Assembly (NCBI GenBank): GCA_024276465.1
Contig: JAJRXD010000065.1
Location: 562-64,561 of the forward strand
Reading direction: 5' to 3'
DNA length: 64,000 nt
Origin: Deltaproteobacteria bacterium
GTDB taxonomy: Bacteria; Desulfobacterota; WTBG01; CAIYCZ01; CAIRTM01
Below the pieces are notes generated by a model, which saw only the letters and a list, made by a program, of their open reading frames with translations, searched no databases and was not told where the DNA came from. Each line of letters opens with the position of its first letter. The stretch's first letter is position 1. A program made the translations under genes and the position numbers. Below are positions 28,331 to 37,141 of the stretch, in pieces.

Positions 28331-28940
28331 CTGTTAAATCAGCTGCTGATAAGTTTTTTAATAAAATTTTCCTGTTTTCAGTATTGCCTGTAAAACCTGC
28401 AAGCTCATTTGGGGTCAGCGGCAAAAGTTTAACAGCAAATGTTCTGAAAAAATAACTGACAAATTCTTCGTTTGCTTTTGTGCTGTTTGAAAAAAACAGA
28501 ACAATTCCGGTTGAGATATTCCAGCAAACATCATAAAGGGAAGGTGCTGGCAGGCTTTTTTTTATTAATCTCTGCCACACTTCATCTTTTAACATGTCCC
28601 TGTCTTTTTTTCTCAACCTTTCCAGACCGGTTGCTTTTTTATATTTTATTTCTTCGCCAAGCAAGGCAGCCTTCATGGTAAGGGCTGAAATACGCCTGAC
28701 ATCAATTCTCAGCGAAAAGACCATGTAGGGGTCTTTTGCATAATGGAGGTCATCAAAAAATGATGATGCCATGTTTTCAGCTGAAACCCAGCCCATAGAC
28801 TTTTCTTTAAGGCTCAGGGGGTCAATTTCCCTGAAGGAAAATTCCCTCAGCTTATCCACAGACATGGTCTTAATGTCTTCCGGGGTTCTGTCTTTCACTT
28901 TGTATCGTACATAGCTAACTGATCCCGAATATAGTCCCAT
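28323..28940 (-). CDS. rdgC: Recombination-associated protein RdgC family (short form)
   Basis: MGLYSGSVSYVRYKV, FREID..SMGWVS, FSLRIDVRRI, PAPSLYDVCWN, FFRTF motifs. Confidence 0.7.
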   Translation of the reverse strand: MGLYSGSVSYVRYKVKDRTPEDIKTMSVDKLREFSFREIDPLSLKEKSMGWVSAENMASSFFDDLHYAKDPYMVFSLRIDVRRISALTMKAALLGEEIKYKKATGLERLRKKDRDMLKDEVWQRLIKKSLPAPSLYDVCWNISTGIVLFFSNSTKANEEFVSYFFRTFAVKLLPLTPNELAGFTGNTENRKILLKNLSAADLTDE

Positions 28941-29343
28941 AACAGCTCCAAGAGTTTTTTGGTCCGTATTTTCTGAAATGTTAGATATTACATTTTAGCG
29001 ACATAAATATCAAGAAAGAATTACATAAGAATCTTAAAAAGGAGGGAGAAAAGAATGGGGTTCTTTTCTCTTGTAATACCAGCGTACTCCTGCGGACTAT
29101 CATCACTTTTATGTCCGGCCCGAAATTTATTGTCCATATAGCCTGTCAGTTCCACATAGGCTGATCCTGTTACGCATGTCCAGTCTGATCTTACAGTATT
29201 GCCAAAAATGCCACGAAAGCGAAACAGCACAACTGATGCCCCGTTGTCAAAGGTTACACTCCGGGTTTTTGGTTTTTATTAGGCATGTCTTCAACAAACG
29301 CCTTTAGGCCCTAATCTTATGGTCAACTCCTGGTGGTACAACT

Positions 29344-30168
29344 TCAGGTTTCTTGAGAAGATCGATTTCGGGAAATAGCCTCAGCAGATATTTCACCCAC
29401 AACATTTTTGTGAACCCACCCTTTTTTTTCATCACACAGCCGGATCTTAACCCATCCGGCTTGTTCCTTAAGCCACCGGAATTCTGTGCCTTCATGAAGC
29501 TTAAACAAAACCGTATCATTTATACTGTTACCGGATCTCACCATTATCTCTCTGCCAACAACTACTCCCCTGTGAATAAAATGGAAGTTATACAGTTTAA
29601 CCGCCAGGCTTGACCCTAAAACTACTGTAAAAAAAATCAACGCATACACAGCAGTAGTAAGAACATCACCTCTATAAAACATTCTTAAAGTCAGCAAAAT
29701 CCAGAAAAACAGATTCGAAATTAAAAAAACAGTTAAAAGTTCATTATTGTTTAATTTAGAATACCAGAAACAGAAGCTCTTTAAAAAAGAGAAAAACTCC
29801 CTGCACTCTATTTTGTCTTTCACAAGGTCCTGAACATATTGAAGGTTTGTTTGAAGGTCTTCATCTCTCGGTATGAACATTTCAGCCTTTCTGTAATTAA
29901 GAAGCGCTTTGCCGACCTCCCCTTTTTTAATATATGCATTCCCTAAATTGTAAAAAATTTCCCCGTTTACAGTGCCATTTGAAATAATCTTTTCATAACA
30001 CCTGGCTGCTGTCTGAAAATCAGAATCCCTGTAGGCCTGATTTGCCTGAAGGAACAACCGCGATACATCTGTTTCATCCCCCACCCCATTTTCTGATGCA
30101 GCAACAGAAGTGGACAGCAAAACGCAAAAAAACAGGGCAGATAAAATAACAGGGGGTTTTCTTTTCAT
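29344..30168 (-). CDS. batE: BatE-like TPR / TM / SH3 protein
   Basis: ANQAY..YNLGNAY..GKALLNY..PRDED..NL, two TM helices, LFKLHEGTE..GWVKIRL..KKGWV SH3 domain. Confidence 0.8.
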   Translation of the reverse strand: MKRKPPVILSALFFCVLLSTSVAASENGVGDETDVSRLFLQANQAYRDSDFQTAARCYEKIISNGTVNGEIFYNLGNAYIKKGEVGKALLNYRKAEMFIPRDEDLQTNLQYVQDLVKDKIECREFFSFLKSFCFWYSKLNNNELLTVFLISNLFFWILLTLRMFYRGDVLTTAVYALIFFTVVLGSSLAVKLYNFHFIHRGVVVGREIMVRSGNSINDTVLFKLHEGTEFRWLKEQAGWVKIRLCDEKKGWVHKNVVGEISAEAISRNRSSQET

Positions 30169-32033
30169 TTTTTCAGTTTTTTGTTTAGCTTTTTAGCCAG
30201 CTTTATCATGGAGTTAAGTACCTCTGCTTTTTCATCAAAAGAATACTTTTTAAACCCAAACCGGCCTGACTCAAAAAAGTCTATGATATTTTTCAATTCA
30301 CCGACAGTCTCTTCTGAAACACCAGCTGAAACACCAGCTGAAACAAGCCTTACCTCCAGCTCCCCTGATGTCAATGCATTTCCGGCAATATTAAGTTTAT
30401 CACCAATAAAGTCTTTAAAGGCTTTTGAGGCAGTTTCATAATATAGACTCTCATCTTTTTTCAGGGTATTTTTAATAATCGGAAGTTTTTTATTGAAATT
30501 TTTATAGGCACTTTTAGCCCTTATAAGACCGCTGTCTTCCTCATTGTTTTCCCTAACCCTTTTTATGATCAGACATGACAGGAAGCCAAAAACAGGAAGC
30601 AGAAAACCCATTATTGTAAAAAAGGATATTGATTGAAGTTTCCCTGTGGCAAGAGAATCCAGCGAAGTATGAATGGGCAGTATGTCGTGGCCTATAATTT
30701 TTACTTCCTCTTTTGCTCCGGCACTGTTCACAGATTCAACTACACGGAATTTTTCCTTATCAGCAGAAGGAAGAACATCCAGGGTGAAAGGCCCTGTCTT
30801 TACAGTTTCGTAGCTGCCTGAAGATGGATTAAAATAGGAAACAGTGATTGGCGGAATTCTCAGGCGTCCTTCTGTTAAAGGAACCATGGCTTTTTTTACT
30901 GTAAGCTTTCCACCAACTTTACCTCCTGAAACCAGGGGTTCAAAAACCGGTTTATCATCATACACTTTAAAATTCTGAAGGCCGCTAATGTCAATGGTTT
31001 GATGATTTTTCAGATTCCCTGTCCCGGTAAGGCTGAGGGTAAGGGTCAAAGACTCTCCAACCTCAAGTTTGCTGCTGCTCAGCTCAGAAGAAAGTTCAAA
31101 CTCACCCACAAGGTTTTTGAAACCAGCTGGCCGGCCTTCAGCAGGCAGAGGTTTCACCATCACGGTTATTGGTGATGTAGCAAAAGATTTCGGCACGGTT
31201 TCTGCGCGGCTGAAAAACGGATCACTGAAAAATCCCCTCCTCTGACGCCTGCTCTGCACAACAACGTCACAGTAAAGTGTGGAAGAAGAGATTTCAAGGA
31301 CACCGGTTTTCACAGGAAACAGAGCCTGCGTAATTTCATTGACGAGATATGTCTGGCCATTTATAATTTTCTGATACTCCTTATCCTTTCCAATATGTTC
31401 TGATATAAAACCTTCAAAGGAAGGACTTTCGGTTAATTGAGCATTTGCAACCTTTACCTTGCGGTAAAACTTAAGGCAATAAATAATTTCTTCATAAAGA
31501 TACGGCTTATCATTATCAACTTCAGCAGTTACAAAAATGTCCCGGCTGTTTTTTTCCTGCGGCCGGCTTTTCCGTATATTGACAGCTATCTGGTTGCTTT
31601 TTACTGTTTTCCCCTTATACTTAACCAGGAAAGGGCCTATTGTAAAGGATCCTGTTTTTTGGGGATACAGTATATAACTGTATTCTACACTTGATGACAT
31701 CTGGCCGTTTACAATGCTGACCTTGGATGATGTGCCGCGGGATTGCACCTTGAACTCCGGCATTTCAGGGAATACCGGCTCTTCACGAATTCCTTTAACC
31801 GAGAGACGCAGCTGAATGTAATCTTCAAGTGTTGCTTCATTTTTATCCACTGTCGCAACAACTGAAACAGAAGAAGCAAAGCTTTTTCCGGGAAGGTAAA
31901 CCAGAGTCAAAAAAGCACAAACAGATAAAACAAAAAATATTTTGAATCGTGTTGCAAGTTGCGTGTTGCGAGTCACAGGTTTAAAAAAATCCCTGCTAAT
32001 ATTTTGAAAACAACTGCTTTTAAACATTTTCAT
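30165..32033 (-). CDS. batD: BatD family protein
   Basis: SIVNGQMSSS..YSYILYPQKTGSFTIGP, KPLPAEGRP..VGEF, GTGNL, YFNP motifs, C-terminal TM. Start likely ATG 32033, after the MITE. Confidence 0.9.
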   Translation of the reverse strand: MKMFKSSCFQNISRDFFKPVTRNTQLATRFKIFFVLSVCAFLTLVYLPGKSFASSVSVVATVDKNEATLEDYIQLRLSVKGIREEPVFPEMPEFKVQSRGTSSKVSIVNGQMSSSVEYSYILYPQKTGSFTIGPFLVKYKGKTVKSNQIAVNIRKSRPQEKNSRDIFVTAEVDNDKPYLYEEIIYCLKFYRKVKVANAQLTESPSFEGFISEHIGKDKEYQKIINGQTYLVNEITQALFPVKTGVLEISSSTLYCDVVVQSRRQRRGFFSDPFFSRAETVPKSFATSPITVMVKPLPAEGRPAGFKNLVGEFELSSELSSSKLEVGESLTLTLSLTGTGNLKNHQTIDISGLQNFKVYDDKPVFEPLVSGGKVGGKLTVKKAMVPLTEGRLRIPPITVSYFNPSSGSYETVKTGPFTLDVLPSADKEKFRVVESVNSAGAKEEVKIIGHDILPIHTSLDSLATGKLQSISFFTIMGFLLPVFGFLSCLIIKRVRENNEEDSGLIRAKSAYKNFNKKLPIIKNTLKKDESLYYETASKAFKDFIGDKLNIAGNALTSGELEVRLVSAGVSAGVSEETVGELKNIIDFFESGRFGFKKYSFDEKAEVLNSMIKLAKKLNKKLKK

Positions 32034-32054
32034 CCAGGAAGCTCTTTTAGTAAT

Positions 32055-32268
32055 ACCTAAATTGAGCAATTCTAAAAAAACATGATTTCATAAATCCCGC
32101 TGTGTCGGGATTAGTGTAACAGCATTGAACGGATTTAAGCATTACATTAGCTTCACCTGGATGGTGAAGTGTAATGCTTACCTCGGAAGCAGACATGGAT
32201 GTCTGCTGAGAATGAGTGAAATGCTGTTACACTAACTGTCGTTATCTGAAAAATCGCTCAGCTTAGGT
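32055..32268. mobile_element. 214-bp MITE-like structured element, copy 2
   Basis: About 11 differences from 26158-26372 by eye. TIRs ACCTAAATTGAGC / GCTCAGCTTAGGT. Confidence 0.85.
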
Positions 32269-32379
32269 TGTACCAATTGTTATATAGTTATATGATTATT
32301 TTACTATCCACTTTTGCTTAACCCGTAACACGCAGCCTGCAACCTGCAACACTTTAATACCAGTCATGAATTACTTTCT

Positions 32380-33252
32380 TCACCAGTCTTTGCCTGACCT
32401 GTATGGCCTGCCGCCCTTCATCTTCTGTTTTTTCTTTTTAAACTTGTCCCTGTTTTCCTGTGTGCTGTTCAGCCACTGTTCTGCTTCTTCTTCAGTCATT
32501 TTCTTTGCGTAGGCAGGAGCACCCTGCCCTCCCTCACTTTCTTTTTCTCTCTTTTCAGCTTCTTCTGTTCCTGCCTGTCCCTGCTCTTCCTTTTTTTCAC
32601 CCTGCTCAGACTTTTGTCTGTTCTGGTCAGCTTCACTTTTCTGTTCCTGTTTCTGCCTGTTCTGGTCAGCTTCGCTTGACTGTTCCTGTTTCTGCTTTTG
32701 CCCGTTTTGACATGTTTGTTCCTGATCGCTGCTCTTCTGCTCATTTTTTTTCTGTTGCTGCTGCTGTTCTGTCTTCTTAGCGTCGTTTATCCTCCTCTTT
32801 ATCTCTTCAAGAACAAACTCAAGATTCTGCTGTGCCTCATTATCTTCAGGGTCAAGTTCAAGAGCTTTTCTATAATAGCCCACTGCATCCTCAAGTTTAC
32901 CCTGCCGGTACATGGCATTTCCAATATTGTAAAGCGACCTTTCCTCAAGCTTCACATCCTGCGCCGTAGTTGCAACATCAAGATAGCCTTTAACAGCCTC
33001 TTCATAATTTTTCATTTTATAATGGGCAGATGCAATATTGTATTTCAGATCAGGGTCTTCAGGAAATTCAATCTGGGCATCTAAAAATGTGTTCAAGGCC
33101 TCATCAAATTTCCCCTGTTCAAAAAGTTCTTTGCCCTTTTGCATTCTGTCATACAGGGAAGTCGCATTGCCTTCAGAAGCAAATACCCACAAACAAAACA
33201 TAAAAGATATAAGCAAAAGTATTGTCTTCATAATTAACTGATTAGACTTCAA
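32380..33252 (-). CDS. batC: BatC-like TPR protein with a Q/E/K-rich tail
   Basis: Signal peptide, TPRs (YNIGNAMYRQG..YRKALELDPED..AQQNLE), low-complexity linker, MTEEEAEQWL and terminal KDW. Confidence 0.8.
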   Translation of the reverse strand: MKSNQLIMKTILLLISFMFCLWVFASEGNATSLYDRMQKGKELFEQGKFDEALNTFLDAQIEFPEDPDLKYNIASAHYKMKNYEEAVKGYLDVATTAQDVKLEERSLYNIGNAMYRQGKLEDAVGYYRKALELDPEDNEAQQNLEFVLEEIKRRINDAKKTEQQQQQKKNEQKSSDQEQTCQNGQKQKQEQSSEADQNRQKQEQKSEADQNRQKSEQGEKKEEQGQAGTEEAEKREKESEGGQGAPAYAKKMTEEEAEQWLNSTQENRDKFKKKKQKMKGGRPYRSGKDW

Positions 33253-33485
33253 TATTTTTATATATTACCTGGCTGTTACAGCGGTATTGGATTGTAGCAA
33301 AAATTTTACAATTTTCAATATAATTTCATCTTCAGGAAATTTCAAAAAATCAGATAATAAAACGGATTGTTGCTTGCAATCATAAAATGGCTGGCTAAAA
33401 ACTGTTGCATCGCTTTCCTGGCAGTTCCTCCAGAATATTTCAGGTAAAGCGCTCAACAGATCCCGACTGATGGTTTTGGAAACTG

Positions 33486-34994
33486 TTAAATCGGTATGTA
33501 AAAACTAAAGGTTGAACCCTTACCTTCTCCTTTACTTTCAGCTCGTATTTTCCCTCCATGCAGTTCAATAATTTTTTTCGTAAGAGACAACCCCAGTCCC
33601 GTCCCCTCATACTTTCTGCTTGAGGACCCGTCCACCTGTTCAAACGGAGCAAAAATACGATCAAGGTCCTCCTTCCTTATGCCGATACCTGTGTCTGCTA
33701 TGCTTACTTCAATTGCGGACAGTTTTTCTTTTTTTTTCAAATCCGTAATTTTTTTTACAGTCAGGCAGATGCTTCCGCCATCCTGAGTGAATTTTACTGC
33801 ATTGGAAAGCAGGTTGTACAGAACCTGCTTCAGTTTGCGCTCATCAGCCTTTATAATCCCGGGAATGCCATTGATGCGCAGGGCTGTTTTAATTCCGCGC
33901 TTTGTTACCCTTTCCTGTATCATTAACAAGCTGTTTTCAAGAAGCTTTTTCATGTTGACCTCTATGGGTTCCAGTTCCATTTTTCCTGCCTCAACCTTGG
34001 AAAGATCCAGGATGTCGTTAATCAGGGAGAGCAGGTGACGACTGCTTTGAAGAACATCACCAAGGAACTCCTTCTGGATCTCGTTCAAATCACCAGTTTT
34101 ATTGTCCGCAACCAGTTCGGTAAATCCGATAATGTGGTTCAAAGGGGTTCTGAGTTCATGGCTCATATTTGCCAGAAATTCACTCTTGGCATTATTGGCA
34201 GCCTCTGCTGAGGCTCTGGCCCTTTCCAGCATCTTTACCGCTTTATCGCGCTCAACAATGCGCTGCTTCATTTTTCTCAAGCCCCATCCAATACCAGCCA
34301 TACCCAACACCCACAAGATGGCAAACCCCATCTCCAGGGTCTGCTTGTAATATCCGGCAACATCCAGAAAGGGTGCCATGGGTACTGAATTGGAAATTCC
34401 TCCACGAACATCTCCTGTCTTGTATCCCTGAAAAGCATGACATTTGAGACAGCTTTTTCTCACATAAAGGGGCCGCATCAGCCGCATATAAGGTTCACCA
34501 TTGATCTTCTCTATGGAGCTGAATTCCTTTTTGCCCTGTTCAAAAGATTGAAGAGCTTTTGTTTCCCACTGGTCAGCCACGTTCTCCGGACGGATGGGAT
34601 CAAGGCTTGTAATGTGCCCGTAGATTTTAGATATCTTTTTCTCCTGTTCATGTACCTGACGTGTCATATAAGCCGGGTTGATTTTTGTCAGCCTTTTACC
34701 GGAACTGGTTATAATGTCACGGTCCGGCCCCTTCAGATAAGGATTGGGTTGTATAACCTTTGTCACAGGGACATACACGCCACCGTGGGCAGCATTCCAG
34801 TTTCGATAGAGAATATCTTTTTCAAATGCAGCACGCGCCTGATTACGTGCCGCCTCCTGAGTTTTCAAGGTTTCGCGTTTAAGATTCCAGATCAATGATG
34901 CAGCTGTGACCATTGTCCAGAGTACTGCTGCACCTATCACATAGTAACGTAATTTCATCCCTCTATCTTCTTTTCTGAAAAATTTCAGTATCAT
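33486..34994 (-). CDS. Sensor histidine kinase with a periplasmic DUF3365 heme-c domain
   Basis: WNAAHGGVYV, NPAYMTRQ, CLKCH heme motif, H-box FLANMSHELRTPL, GTGLGL. Confidence 0.93.
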   Translation of the reverse strand: MILKFFRKEDRGMKLRYYVIGAAVLWTMVTAASLIWNLKRETLKTQEAARNQARAAFEKDILYRNWNAAHGGVYVPVTKVIQPNPYLKGPDRDIITSSGKRLTKINPAYMTRQVHEQEKKISKIYGHITSLDPIRPENVADQWETKALQSFEQGKKEFSSIEKINGEPYMRLMRPLYVRKSCLKCHAFQGYKTGDVRGGISNSVPMAPFLDVAGYYKQTLEMGFAILWVLGMAGIGWGLRKMKQRIVERDKAVKMLERARASAEAANNAKSEFLANMSHELRTPLNHIIGFTELVADNKTGDLNEIQKEFLGDVLQSSRHLLSLINDILDLSKVEAGKMELEPIEVNMKKLLENSLLMIQERVTKRGIKTALRINGIPGIIKADERKLKQVLYNLLSNAVKFTQDGGSICLTVKKITDLKKKEKLSAIEVSIADTGIGIRKEDLDRIFAPFEQVDGSSSRKYEGTGLGLSLTKKIIELHGGKIRAESKGEGKGSTFSFYIPI

Positions 34995-35081
34995 GACAGA
35001 TCACACTTGATTGCTTTTCGTTTCTGCATTTTTAAACTCATCCTGAAAAAACACAGCCATCTGAGTTGCACGACAGGCTAA

Positions 35082-36578
35082 TCAGGGCAATTGTTCAATT
35101 ACCTCCATATCCAGTTTTCCTTCATCTGCATCCTGGTGGAGAATACTCATCGCCTTTTCCCTTGACATACCTTTGCGGTAGGGACGGTCCGTGACAAGAG
35201 CATCGTAAATATCCACTATGGCCATTATACGGGCTGCTTTTGATATCTCTTCCCCCTTTAAACCATCAGGGTACCCGCTGCCGTCAAGCTTTTCGTGATG
35301 ATGCCGAATTATGTCCAAAGCCATCCCTATGGTTTTTTTCAAAGGCAGACAGATATTGTAGCCTATTTCCGGATGGCGTTTCATAATTTCCAGCTCGTCG
35401 CTGTTCAGGGGGCCCTGTTTGTTTAATACATTGCCTGCAACCCCGATTTTGCCAATATCGTGCAGGACTCCACCAAATTCCAAAGCTCTTATCTCATGTT
35501 CGGGAAGGGACATTTTTTTTCCTATGGTTACTGCCATGTCTGAAACCCTCTGGGTATGCCCCTGTGTATAGCTGTCCTTGGCTTCAACCGCATTTGCCAG
35601 GGAAAAAAGAACATTTTCAATGCTGGTTAAATTGTTGTTAAGAGTCTTAACGCTGATAAGTGATTTTGCCCTGGCCAGGAGTTCAATTTTGTTGGGAGGT
35701 TTTGTGATAAAGTCATCTGCTCCAACCTCTATCCCTCTTACTTTAGCATCCATGTCGTCCAGGGCAGTCACCATGACTACCGGGACAAGTCGCGTATCCT
35801 CTTTCCCTTTTATGTGGCGGCATACTTCATAACCATCCATATCCGGCATCATAATATCTAACAAAACCAGATCAACATCCGTTTTATTCATTACTGCTAT
35901 GGCTTCTTCTCCGCTGCATGCAGTTATAACATCATAATTCAAAGGGATAAGAAGACCCTTCAGCAATTTAATGTTTAACGGATCATCATCAACCACTAAT
36001 ATCCTGGACTTATCGTGGTCGGTTCGCGTGCTTTTATTTTTAAAGCAATAAATCCTGTCTTTGCCCCTTAACTTAGCCTGTTTTAAAGCATCATGTGCCT
36101 TCTCAATAAGGCCTGTCCTGTTTGAAGCATCAGCAGGAAAAGACGCAATACCCGTGCTTATGGTTATTTCACCGTCAAAGTTTGTTATAACCGACTGCCT
36201 GATCCTTTCTGCTACTTCCTGTGCGGGTTCGGATTTGGCTTTAAACAGAATGACGGCAAAAACATCACCTGCATATCTGGCTGCAAAATCAACCTGACGG
36301 ATATTTTCCTTGATCAGGCCAGCAACTTTTTTTAAAGCAATGTCTCCATGAACATGACCGTGGGACCGGTTGTAACGAGAGATGAAATCAATGTCTATCA
36401 ACAGCATCGCAAACTGGTCCCCGTGCCTTTCAAATCTTTTAACCTCCTGTTCTAAAGATATCTGAAAAAAGCCGTGATTAAACAGACCTGTGAGGCTGTC
36501 TGTAAAATGAACACCTATCTCCTTTTCGTAATTTTCCATCAATCCTGGATCCATAGATTCCTCCTGTTTGTAAATCAA
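35082..36578 (-). CDS. Degenerate GGDEF - receiver - HD-GYP phosphodiesterase
   Basis: DSLTGLFN and RYAGDVF (degenerate GGDEF), REC with DLVLLDIMMP, HDIGK and HHEKLDGSGYP. Confidence 0.92.
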   Translation of the reverse strand: MIYKQEESMDPGLMENYEKEIGVHFTDSLTGLFNHGFFQISLEQEVKRFERHGDQFAMLLIDIDFISRYNRSHGHVHGDIALKKVAGLIKENIRQVDFAARYAGDVFAVILFKAKSEPAQEVAERIRQSVITNFDGEITISTGIASFPADASNRTGLIEKAHDALKQAKLRGKDRIYCFKNKSTRTDHDKSRILVVDDDPLNIKLLKGLLIPLNYDVITACSGEEAIAVMNKTDVDLVLLDIMMPDMDGYEVCRHIKGKEDTRLVPVVMVTALDDMDAKVRGIEVGADDFITKPPNKIELLARAKSLISVKTLNNNLTSIENVLFSLANAVEAKDSYTQGHTQRVSDMAVTIGKKMSLPEHEIRALEFGGVLHDIGKIGVAGNVLNKQGPLNSDELEIMKRHPEIGYNICLPLKKTIGMALDIIRHHHEKLDGSGYPDGLKGEEISKAARIMAIVDIYDALVTDRPYRKGMSREKAMSILHQDADEGKLDMEVIEQLP

Positions 36579-36648
36579 GTATCCTGCCTGATGCGCATGA
36601 CTTTCCGGAACATGCTGGCCGGTTGTTTATACAGCGCTAATTTCAGTA

Positions 36649-37032
36649 TCAGGAATCTCTCCTGAGCTTGAGACACCGGGCTATTGTTTTCAAAAACAAT
36701 CTTGTATCGATCGGCTTTGTCACGTAATCATCAGACCCGGCATCCCTTGCTTTCTGGTCATCGCCCTGCATGGCACAGGATGTGACGATTATGACCGGAA
36801 TATCCTTTAATGCCGGGTCATCCTTGATAATACGGGTGGCATCAAATCCGTTCATGCCTGGAAGCTGAATGTCCATCAGGATAAGATCCGGTCTGTGTTC
36901 GTGTGCCAACCGGATCCCGATTTCAGCATCTACAGCCTCAAGGATATTATAATTATCAAGAGCAAGAAGGACTCTCATCAGCTTCATGTTCAGCTTATCA
37001 TCTTCGATTACTAAGATTGTGTTGTTTTCCAT
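36649..37032 (-). CDS. Single-domain response regulator (DivK-like)
   Basis: MENNTILVIEDD..PDLILMDIQLPGMNG..TSCAMQGD..TKPID. The longer ORF start overlapping the kinase was rejected. Confidence 0.92.
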   Translation of the reverse strand: MENNTILVIEDDKLNMKLMRVLLALDNYNILEAVDAEIGIRLAHEHRPDLILMDIQLPGMNGFDATRIIKDDPALKDIPVIIVTSCAMQGDDQKARDAGSDDYVTKPIDTRLFLKTIARCLKLRRDS

Positions 37033-37141
37033 TGTAAATTCCCTGAAATTATTTTCCGTTTTTATATAACGCAAAAAGTTATCACAATTTTCAAAAAATC
37101 TTTTCTCTCCGCAGTTGAAAATTGACAGTTTCCCTGTCACC

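Noticed and set aside
29021-29340. 69-aa minus-strand ORF and a 28-aa plus-strand ORF behind AAGGAGG at about 29055
   Set aside because: No recognisable motif, and the minus frame is closed by a nearby upstream stop. Possibly a decayed gene, but not supportable.
30314-30345. 12-bp duplication in batD (VSAGVSAG) and a ~39-bp duplication in the batC linker
   Set aside because: Small in-frame slippage duplications in tolerant regions, with no sign of function.
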